Both the position numbers and the translations under genes were made by a program. Under the pieces are notes generated by a model. It was not told where the DNA came from, searched no databases, and worked only from the letters and a program-made list of their open reading frames with translations. Below, one piece after another: positions 33,673-40,850 of a DNA stretch of 64,000 nt (its first letter is position 1; every line of letters starts with the position of its first letter). Origin of the DNA: Bacillota bacterium (lineage in GTDB: Bacteria; Bacillota; Clostridia; Acetivibrionales; DTU013); assembly GCA_023412915.1 (NCBI GenBank), contig JAEZRE010000014.1, positions 156,164 through 220,163 of the forward strand, in the 5' to 3' direction.

Positions 33673-34473
33673 TTATTTTTCGGCGACCAGTATGAATATG
33701 CCGTCGTCTCCTTTTTTAGATGTTGCCTTCTTACCGACCGTATCTATCTGTACATTTTTGAAACCGGATTTTACGAACCATTCCTTGACCGTATTATGTG
33801 AAAAGCCCTGCCAGACGTCATGCATCCTCTCCTTGAACTCGATGTTGCCGTGTTCCTTCAGATCTGCAAGAAACACCCTCCCGCCCGGCTTCAATACCCT
33901 GTACATCTCTCTTACCGCCAGTATTGGTTCTTCGATGTGATGCAGGAACATGTTCGAACAGACGAGATCCGTGCTTTCCTCCGCGAGCGGAAGATCACAG
34001 CCGTCGCCCTCGACTGTCCTTATGTTTGACAAACCTTCCTGCGCGGCTTTTTTATTCAGCTCCTTGAGCATTTCACCCGATATATCCACGGCAATAACCT
34101 TTTTAACCTTGGGTGAAACGGCCCGCGAAAGATAACCGTCGCCTGCACCAAGGTCCGCCAGAGTTATGCCGGCGTTCAGCAGTCCTGTTCCGAGCAGTCT
34201 GCCTATCACCGCCTCATCGTAAAAATCCCCGCGCATGTTCTCCCATTCGGGCGCAACACTGTCGAAAAACTCCCTGGAATCGCTGTCGCTGGAGGAATAC
34301 TGCATTGAATCCCCCGATGAGAGCCACTGTATGAGCGCTTGCCTGCTAAAACGCCATTCCCTGCCTATTTTTCTTGCAGGGACCTTTTCTTCCTTAAGCA
34401 GCTTTATGAACGTCTTTATGCTGACGTTGAACAGTTCTGCGGCCTCTTCCATATTGAGTATTTCTTTTTCCAT
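33673..34473 (-). CDS. excisionase-type HTH domain fused to a class I SAM-dependent methyltransferase
   Basis: N-terminus LNMEEAAELFNVSIKTFIKLLKEEKVPARKIGREWRFSRQAL. Methyltransferase motif I LADLGAGDGYLS, post-I VIAVDIS, and FLHHIEEP. Confidence 0.85.
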   Translation of the reverse strand: MEKEILNMEEAAELFNVSIKTFIKLLKEEKVPARKIGREWRFSRQALIQWLSSGDSMQYSSSDSDSREFFDSVAPEWENMRGDFYDEAVIGRLLGTGLLNAGITLADLGAGDGYLSRAVSPKVKKVIAVDISGEMLKELNKKAAQEGLSNIRTVEGDGCDLPLAEESTDLVCSNMFLHHIEEPILAVREMYRVLKPGGRVFLADLKEHGNIEFKERMHDVWQGFSHNTVKEWFVKSGFKNVQIDTVGKKATSKKGDDGIFILVAEK

Positions 34474-34601
34474 GGCAGATTTCTCCCTTTCTTTTATTAT
34501 TTTACCTCAACAGGTCATCATTATCAACATCCATTTTCATTTATATTCATTGCATATACATCTTTTTTATATTTAAATTCACCAATGAAACATGGAACAT
34601 G

Positions 34602-34691
34602 GGGACGGTTCTTTGACGAAATGCAGGGACGGTTCTTTTGTTTCGTTTTGCCTGCGAGGAAAACGAAACAAAAGAACCGTCCCTGCGTTTC
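34602..34691. repeat. 32-bp near-perfect inverted repeat (hairpin) plus a third, direct partial copy of the arm
   Basis: 34618-34649 pairs with 34660-34691 (one T/G mismatch), with the 10-nt loop gcctgcgagg. gggacggttcttt also occurs at 34602-34614. Confidence 0.9.
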
Positions 34692-34704
34692 AATATGAAA
34701 TTTA

Positions 34705-34733
34705 TTGATTAAATAACTTTTATAGTTGATAAT
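34705..34733 (+). promoter_or_regulatory. candidate sigma-A promoter of the deoC operon
   Basis: TTGATT (34705-34710), 17-nt spacer, GATAAT (34728-34733). It begins 14 nt downstream of the hairpin. Confidence 0.55.
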
Positions 34734-34775
34734 AAATAATGAAGAAAAAATTACTAGGAATGAGGGGCTGATAAA

Positions 34776-35441
34776 ATGGATGTCAGAAAAATACTGGCGG
34801 CTGTCGATCACACGCTACTCGCTCAAACAGCCGGCTGGGAACAGATAAGACAGATCTGCGACGAAGGTATCGAATACGGAACGGCTTCTGTTTGCATTCC
34901 GCCTTCCTTTGTGAAAAGAGCAAAGGAATATGCTGGAGAAAAGCTTGCAATATGCACGGTTATAGGCTTTCCAAACGGATATTCCACTACGGCGGCAAAG
35001 GTCTGCGAGACCAGGGACGCCATAGCAAACGGAGCCGATGAGATCGATATGGTCATCAACCTTGGCGACCTGAAGGATAAACGCTACGATGTTGTTTTAA
35101 ATGAGATAAAAAGCATCAAATCGGCCTGCGGCGGCAAGTTGCTGAAGGTTATCATCGAAACCTGCCTCCTGACCGACGATGAAAAAATAAAAATGTGTCA
35201 GATAGTAACCGAAGCAGGCGCAGACTTCATAAAAACATCGACAGGCTTTTCGACCGCCGGGGCAAATGAAGCAGATCTCAGGCTCTTTGCGGCAAATGTC
35301 GGCGAGGGTGTCAGGATAAAAGCCGCCGGCGGAATAAAGAGTCTCGAAACCGCAGAGCTTTTTATGGAGATCGGAGCATCAAGACTGGGTACCAGTTCAG
35401 TTATAAAACTTATTAAAAATAAAGAAGTTCAGGGATATTAA
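34776..35441 (+). CDS. deoC: deoxyribose-phosphate aldolase
   Basis: [25 protein letters not shown] and the FIKTSTGF (Schiff-base Lys) pattern. 221 aa. RBS GAGGGG. Confidence 0.93.
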   Translation: MDVRKILAAVDHTLLAQTAGWEQIRQICDEGIEYGTASVCIPPSFVKRAKEYAGEKLAICTVIGFPNGYSTTAAKVCETRDAIANGADEIDMVINLGDLKDKRYDVVLNEIKSIKSACGGKLLKVIIETCLLTDDEKIKMCQIVTEAGADFIKTSTGFSTAGANEADLRLFAANVGEGVRIKAAGGIKSLETAELFMEIGASRLGTSSVIKLIKNKEVQGY

Positions 35442-35467
35442 TATAAAGATAAAAGGAGATTTTAATT

Positions 35468-36175
35468 ATGCCTATTCCAACACCACATATATCAGCTGAC
35501 AAGAATGATTTTGCCAAAACCGTACTTATGCCCGGCGATCCGCTTCGTTCGAAATATATCGCCGAAACCTACCTTGATTCGCCCGTGCTGGTTAATAATA
35601 TACGCGGAATTCAGGGTTATACCGGGACATACAAGGGCAAGAAGGTCTCGGTAATGGCAAGCGGCATGGGCATGCCGTCGATGGGCATCTATTCGTATGA
35701 GCTTTTCAACTTCTACGATGTCGATAACATCATACGTATCGGCAGCGCAGGAGCAATCCACCCCGATCTGAAACTGCGCGACATCGTTATCGGCCTCGGC
35801 GCCTGCACGAATTCGAGCTACGCCGCCCAGTACCGGCTGCCCGGCACGTTCGCCCCGATTGCCAGCTTTAACCTTGCTTTGAAGGCTTATGAAACTGCAA
35901 AGCGTATGGGTATCACGTTGAAGATGGGCAATGTCTACTCGAGCGACACGTTCTACGACGATTCGCTGAGTCTGGGCGAATGGCAGAAAATGAACGTACT
36001 TGCCGTTGAGATGGAATCCGCGGCTTTGTATATGAACGCGGCAAGAGCCGGCAAAAACGCGCTTTGCATCTGCACCATTTCCGATTGCCCGCTTACGGGC
36101 GGTGAAGAATGCTCCGCCGAGGAAAGACAGCTGACCTTCACCCAGATGATGGAGATCGCTCTTGAAATAGCTTAG
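35468..36175 (+). CDS. deoD: purine nucleoside phosphorylase, DeoD (hexameric) type
   Basis: PTPHISADKNDFAKTVLMPGDPLRSKYIAETYL...YTGTYKGKKVSVMASGMGMPS closely parallels E. coli DeoD. RBS AAAGGAG. Confidence 0.95.
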   Translation: MPIPTPHISADKNDFAKTVLMPGDPLRSKYIAETYLDSPVLVNNIRGIQGYTGTYKGKKVSVMASGMGMPSMGIYSYELFNFYDVDNIIRIGSAGAIHPDLKLRDIVIGLGACTNSSYAAQYRLPGTFAPIASFNLALKAYETAKRMGITLKMGNVYSSDTFYDDSLSLGEWQKMNVLAVEMESAALYMNAARAGKNALCICTISDCPLTGGEECSAEERQLTFTQMMEIALEIA

Positions 36176-36181
36176 AGTAGT

Positions 36182-36283
36182 ATGTTTAGCGCCCTTGAGG
36201 CGCGGATTTCATCTAAACCATTCATAAGGCAGAATGTTTAGCGCCTTCAGGCGCGGATTTCATTTAAAACATTCAAAGGATGA
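36182..36283. repeat. tandem duplication (~52-bp unit, 2 copies), each with a small GC hairpin, between deoD and deoB
   Basis: atgtttagcgcccttgaggcgcggatttcatctaaaccattcataagg vs atgtttagcgcc-ttcaggcgcggatttcatttaaaacattcaaagg. Hairpins are gcgcc-N4/5-ggcgc. The second copy supplies the deoB RBS. Confidence 0.8.
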
Positions 36284-36288
36284 TGAAA

Positions 36289-37944
36289 ATGGGAGTTAAA
36301 AGAGTTTTTCTGATAGTACTCGACAGCTTCGGTATAGGAGAACTGCCCGACGCCGGACTATACGGCGATGTGGGCAGCAACACGCTCAACGCCGTTGCGG
36401 CGAGTGAGAAGTTTAACACACCCAACCTTGCAAGACTCGGACTTTTCAATATCGACGGAGTTAACTGCAGAGAACCGTATAAAAACCCGATCGGCGCTTT
36501 TGCCCGCATGTCGGAACGTTCGAAGGGCAAGGATACGACAATCGGACATTGGGAAATCTCAGGCATCGTATCGGATCGTCCCCTTCCGACCTATCCCCAC
36601 GGCTTCCCCCAGGATGTCCTGGATAAGTTTACCGAGGCAACAGGCAGGAAGGTTTTATGCAACAAGCCCTATTCCGGAACGGATGTAATTAGGGACTACG
36701 GAAGGGAACATGTGGAGACGGGCGCCCTCATAGTATACACGTCCGCGGACAGCGTATTCCAGATTGCAGCCCACGAGGAGGTCGTTCCACTTGAAAAGCT
36801 GTATGAATATTGTCAGACAGCGCGAAACATACTAACCGGCGAACATGGTGTCGGCAGGGTCATTGCGCGCCCGTTCACCGGAACGTATCCCGATTTCAAA
36901 AGGACCTCGAACAGGCATGATTTTTCCATCGAGCCTCCCCGCCCCACCATGCTCGATTATCTGAAAGCCGGCGGTTATGAGGTCATTGCCGTTGGAAAGA
37001 TAAATGACATCTTTTCCGGCAAAGGGGTATCTCAAAGTATAAAGTCCGCCAATAACAGCGAAGGTATGGCCCGTACAATGGAGCTGCTGGACCGGGATTT
37101 CAACGGTATCTGCTTTACGAACCTTGTCGATTTCGATATGCTCTACGGCCACCGGAACGACGTCGAAGGCTACGCGGCGGCGCTGACCGCTTTCGATATC
37201 TGGCTCGAAGGCTTTATGGAAAAGCTGCATAAGGATGACGTCCTCATAATTACGGCCGATCACGGCTGTGACCCAGCTACGGAAAGCACCGACCATTCCA
37301 GGGAGTACACCCCCCTGCTTGTATACGGCGACGCTGTCGCGCCTGCCGTCAATGCCGGTACCAGGAGCTGCTTCAGCGATATATCGGCTACCATACTCGA
37401 CATGTTTGGAGCATATGGACTTTCGGACGGTCAAAGCATGCTGCCCTTGATAATGAAGCAGCCGGCCGCGACCGATTCGCAGGCATTCGCCGGAACTGAC
37501 GCGAAAGCGTCCGACCGGATAGATATACAAAAACTTGTTGCTTTGGCTTTCGAGGCCAAAAGCAGGTCGTATTCCCCCTATTCTAATTTCGCAGTGGGAG
37601 CTGCTTTGCTTACGAAAAGCGGAAAGGTATATCTTGGCTGCAACATTGAAAACGCGGCCTATACTCCCACCAATTGCGCCGAAAGGACGGCCTTCTTCAA
37701 GGCAGTGTCGGAAGGCGAACGTGAATTTGAAGCAATAGCAATTGCCGCAGGCCCAACGGACGGAAGAGCCTACGACAAATTCTGCACTCCTTGCGGCGTA
37801 TGCCGCCAGGTTATGATGGAATTCTGCGATCCGGATACTTTCGAGATAACTATTTCGAAAAGCCTGAATGACCATAGGACATATACTTTGAAGGACCTGC
37901 TCCCCTACGGTTTCGGGCCTTTGGATATGAAGCCTGACGTCTGA
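36289..37944 (+). CDS. deoB: phosphopentomutase fused to cytidine deaminase (DeoB-Cdd bifunctional ORF)
   Basis: N-terminal ~390 aa: VFLIVLDSFGIGELPDA...ITADHGCDP (DeoB metalloenzyme motifs). A ~25-aa linker follows. C-terminal ~135 aa: YSPYSNFAVGAALL...CAERTAFFKA...CTPCGVCRQVMMEF (CAE / PCGxCRQ zinc motifs of tetrameric-type Cdd). One uninterrupted frame; ATG 36289 follows AAAGGA (ATG 36280/36283 also in frame). Confidence 0.9.
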   Translation: MGVKRVFLIVLDSFGIGELPDAGLYGDVGSNTLNAVAASEKFNTPNLARLGLFNIDGVNCREPYKNPIGAFARMSERSKGKDTTIGHWEISGIVSDRPLPTYPHGFPQDVLDKFTEATGRKVLCNKPYSGTDVIRDYGREHVETGALIVYTSADSVFQIAAHEEVVPLEKLYEYCQTARNILTGEHGVGRVIARPFTGTYPDFKRTSNRHDFSIEPPRPTMLDYLKAGGYEVIAVGKINDIFSGKGVSQSIKSANNSEGMARTMELLDRDFNGICFTNLVDFDMLYGHRNDVEGYAAALTAFDIWLEGFMEKLHKDDVLIITADHGCDPATESTDHSREYTPLLVYGDAVAPAVNAGTRSCFSDISATILDMFGAYGLSDGQSMLPLIMKQPAATDSQAFAGTDAKASDRIDIQKLVALAFEAKSRSYSPYSNFAVGAALLTKSGKVYLGCNIENAAYTPTNCAERTAFFKAVSEGEREFEAIAIAAGPTDGRAYDKFCTPCGVCRQVMMEFCDPDTFEITISKSLNDHRTYTLKDLLPYGFGPLDMKPDV

Positions 37945-37950
37945 CGGGCT

Positions 37951-38062
37951 TTGCCGGACGATAGGCAGGCTACTGCCGGACGTCCGACAAGCTTTGGCCG
38001 GACGACCGATGTGTCTTGGCCGGCATCGTGCAAGCGTCTGGCCGTATTGGAGTCGGCTTCAC
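37951..38062. repeat. 5 tandem, exactly 22-bp-phased repeats with a GCCGGACG core
   Basis: Core starts at 37953, 37975, 37997, 38019 and 38041. The conserved (ct)ttgGCCGGACG core is followed by ~13 variable nt. Confidence 0.85.
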
Positions 38063-38181
38063 ACAAGGATCCAGTGCTTTTTTGCCGGATGCCGCATAAA
38101 CATCGCTTGTGTCCGGCATCAAACAGGTTATTTCATATACCGCCTGGCAAAGCTGTCAGGCAGATTGGGATGGTGAGCCAA

Positions 38182-39504
38182 ATGAGGATGTATGATATCA
38201 TAGCCAAAAAGAAGTTCGGTCTGGAGCTCGAGAGCAACGAGATCGAGTTCGCCGTGACTGGCTTTGTAAAGGGTGAGATACCCGATTATCAAATGGCTGC
38301 TCTTTTGATGGCCATATATTTCAAAGGCATGTCCAACAGAGAAACCGTGACGCTGACCGGTTGCATGGCGCATTCGGGTGATATGGTCGACCTTTCGGAC
38401 ATCGAAGGCGTCAAGGTCGACAAGCACAGCACGGGCGGTGTCGGAGACAAGACGACCCTCGTTGTGGCGCCCGTTGTTGCCGCATGCGGTGCAATAATAG
38501 CAAAAATGTCCGGCAGAGGGCTCGGACATACCGGAGGTACCGTTGACAAGCTCGAAGCCATCCCGGGCTTCAATGTCTCGGTATCAAGAGAAGAGTTCAT
38601 CGCCATCGCTAAAAGAACCGGGCTTTGCGTTGTCGGACAGACGGGCAATCTCGCTCCCGCAGACAAGAAAATATACGCGCTGCGAGACGTAACGGCAACC
38701 GTCGACTGCGTTCCTCTCATAGCGTCGAGTATCATGAGCAAGAAGCTGGCTGCCGGAGCGGACTGCATACTGCTTGACGTCAAGACTGGCAGCGGCGCGT
38801 TTATGAAAACCGTCGAGGATTCCATAGAGCTCGCAAAAGTAATGGTCGGCATTGGCTGGGGCGCCGGCAGGAAATGCGCTGCGCTCGTGACAGATATGGA
38901 CATACCGCTCGGGTCTGCCATAGGCAACTCGCTTGAAGTAATTGAAGCTGTCGATACCCTGAAAGGAAAAGGTCCGAAGGATTTTACCGACTGCTGTATC
39001 GAGCTTTCCGCAAATTTGCTCGAGCTCGCGGGCAAAGGAAATATTACCCGATGCACGGAAATGGTCCATACTGCTATAGACAGTGGCGCAGCCCTGGAAA
39101 AATTCTGTGAGATGGTCGAGGCACAGGGCGGCGATTCGCACGTTATAAGAGACACTTCCCTGTTTGGTACCGCCCCGGTCATACACGAAGTTAAAGCTCC
39201 GTTCACCGGCTACATTTCCGCCATGGATACCGAAGCCATAGGCGTTTCTTCCGTAATGCTCGGCGCGGGCCGTGAAAAAAAGGACAGCCCTGTAGATTAC
39301 CTGGCCGGAATAATGCTCAGGAAGAAAACCGGTGACATGGTAAAAAAGGGCGATACGCTGGCTGTGCTCCACACCTCGAATGAGGCCCTGGTCAAAAACG
39401 CGCAGGAGCATTTCCTGTCGGCTATCAGCGTATCTGAATCGAAACCTGAACAAAGACCGCTGATCTATGCGAAAATTGAAAGGAAAAAAGTCGCAATATA
39501 CTGA
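38182..39504 (+). CDS. pdp: pyrimidine-nucleoside (thymidine) phosphorylase
   Basis: MRMYDIIAKKKFGLELESNEIEFAVTGFVKGEIPDYQMAALLMAIYFKGM, KHSTGGVGDKT, SGRGLGHTGGTVDKLE. 440 aa when started at ATG 38182 (the track ORF from TTG 37951 adds 77 non-homologous residues). Confidence 0.93.
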   Translation: MRMYDIIAKKKFGLELESNEIEFAVTGFVKGEIPDYQMAALLMAIYFKGMSNRETVTLTGCMAHSGDMVDLSDIEGVKVDKHSTGGVGDKTTLVVAPVVAACGAIIAKMSGRGLGHTGGTVDKLEAIPGFNVSVSREEFIAIAKRTGLCVVGQTGNLAPADKKIYALRDVTATVDCVPLIASSIMSKKLAAGADCILLDVKTGSGAFMKTVEDSIELAKVMVGIGWGAGRKCAALVTDMDIPLGSAIGNSLEVIEAVDTLKGKGPKDFTDCCIELSANLLELAGKGNITRCTEMVHTAIDSGAALEKFCEMVEAQGGDSHVIRDTSLFGTAPVIHEVKAPFTGYISAMDTEAIGVSSVMLGAGREKKDSPVDYLAGIMLRKKTGDMVKKGDTLAVLHTSNEALVKNAQEHFLSAISVSESKPEQRPLIYAKIERKKVAIY

Positions 39505-39551
39505 AATATCAGCCATTATACATACATTGCATAAAATTAGTGGGTAGGTAG

Positions 39552-39579
39552 TTGTATTTCCGATTAGGCGTGTTAAAAT
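39552..39579 (+). promoter_or_regulatory. candidate internal sigma-A promoter of the nucleoside ABC importer genes
   Basis: TTGTAT, 16-nt spacer, TGT-TAAAAT (the same gtgttaaaat -10 context as the rpmB candidate). Confidence 0.45.
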
Positions 39580-39630
39580 ATATTTGGTGGACATATTCCA
39601 ATTACAAAAATAAACAGGAGGAACTATTTT

Positions 39631-40770
39631 ATGAAGAGAATTGCGGCACTCGTATTGGCTCTTGCACTGATAACGACCCTGTTCGCAGGCTGCGGAACGG
39701 CAGCTTCAAAAGGCTTCGAAATCGCACTGATTACCGACAAGGGCAACATCGACGACAAATCCTTTAACCAGGGCGCCTGGGAAGGTGTAGTCGCATTTGC
39801 CGACACAAACAAGATCTCCCATAAGTATTACAAACCCGAAGAGGCATCAGATGCCGGCTACCTTGCAGCTATCGATCTGGCTGTCACCGGCGGTGCAAAG
39901 ATTATCGTAACACCCGGTTATCTTTTTGAGGTTCCGGTTTATGAAGCACAGACCAAGTATCCCAATGTCAAGTTCATTCTGCTGGATGGAGCTCCTCACA
40001 CAGCCGATTATGCAAAATATGAGACCAAAAGCAACGTAGCAAGCGTAATGTACGCTGAAGAGCAGCCCGGCTACCTTGCCGGCTATGCCGCGGTTCAGGA
40101 TGGATACACGAAGCTCGGTTTCATGGGCGGTATGGCAGTTCCTGCTGTTCAGGCATATGGCTACGGTTATTTGCAGGGTGCTGAAGCTGCCGCTGCAAAG
40201 CTGGGCCTCGGAGACGGTTCCATCTCCGTCACTTACCACTACACGGGTGATTTCGCGGAAACCGATACAAACAAGGCTACTGCAAAGACAATGTACCAGG
40301 AAGGTACCGAAGTTATATTCGCTTGCGGCGGCTCAGTCGGAAAGAGTGTCATGGCAGCTGCTACCGAAGCAGGCAAAAAGGTTATAGGCGTTGACGTTGA
40401 CCAGAGATATGACAGCGATACAGTCATCACTTCAGCAATGAAGGGTCTTGGAATCTCCGTACAGGATGTCCTCAAGGCAATCTACAAGGATAAGACCTGG
40501 GATACCTACGCTGGCAAAACCACTACCTTCAGTGCGGCAAACGACGGTATCGGCCTTCCCACTATCGTTTTGGGCGATGCCAAAGGCAATGCCTTCGACA
40601 GGTTCAAGAAGTTCGCCAAGGCTGATTACGACTCATTGTACAAGACTCTTGCAGACGGTTCCGTAAAACCGATCAGAACGATCAAGGTAGCTGCGGAGAA
40701 CGGTTATGCAACGGCAGAAGAACTCGTTTCCGGCCTCAGCCTCAAAAAGGTGGCTGTTACAGTAAGATAA
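39631..40770 (+). CDS. BMP-family (PnrA/Med-like) ABC transporter substrate-binding lipoprotein, probable nucleoside binding
   Basis: Lipobox LFAGCG. KSFNQGAWEGV and the PGYLFE pattern of basic membrane protein family binders. RBS AGGAGG. Confidence 0.9.
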   Translation: MKRIAALVLALALITTLFAGCGTAASKGFEIALITDKGNIDDKSFNQGAWEGVVAFADTNKISHKYYKPEEASDAGYLAAIDLAVTGGAKIIVTPGYLFEVPVYEAQTKYPNVKFILLDGAPHTADYAKYETKSNVASVMYAEEQPGYLAGYAAVQDGYTKLGFMGGMAVPAVQAYGYGYLQGAEAAAAKLGLGDGSISVTYHYTGDFAETDTNKATAKTMYQEGTEVIFACGGSVGKSVMAAATEAGKKVIGVDVDQRYDSDTVITSAMKGLGISVQDVLKAIYKDKTWDTYAGKTTTFSAANDGIGLPTIVLGDAKGNAFDRFKKFAKADYDSLYKTLADGSVKPIRTIKVAAENGYATAEELVSGLSLKKVAVTVR

Positions 40771-40785
40771 TAAAGCAAAACATGG

Positions 40786-40813
40786 GGGGAAAGGCATCTG
40801 TCTTTCCCCTTTT
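40786..40813 (+). terminator. intrinsic terminator/attenuator after the binding-protein gene
   Basis: ggggaaag-gcatctgt-ctttcccc followed by TTTT. Confidence 0.75.
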
Positions 40814-40850
40814 ATGTATTATCATATCAATTCTTTGAGAAGAGGGTTAT

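Noticed and set aside
34339-34811. ORFs 34339-34698 (+) and 34524-34811 (-) crossing the 32-bp hairpin.
   Set aside because: Both are artefacts of the inverted repeat, since they give mirror-image peptides (GRFFCFV...KTKQKNRPC). They have no RBS and overlap the start regions of real genes.
37951-38062. The 22-bp array as a miniature CRISPR-like array.
   Set aside because: The units (about 9-nt core plus 13-nt variable part) are far shorter than CRISPR repeats and spacers. No cas genes or leader are present, and the array lies within an operon.
37951-38181. N-terminal 77-codon extension of pdp from TTG 37951, as given in the ORF track.
   Set aside because: The extension is the translation of the 22-bp repeat array, whose period is not a multiple of 3. 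Homology to Pdp begins exactly at MRMYDII (ATG 38182), which has a GGTGA Shine-Dalgarno-like sequence upstream.
36832-39594. Long minus-strand ORFs of 347, 305 and 336 aa (36832-37875, 38289-39206, 38584-39594) antisense to deoB-cdd and pdp.
   Set aside because: The plus-strand products match well-known enzyme families end to end. The antisense translations are compositionally biased with no recognisable motifs.
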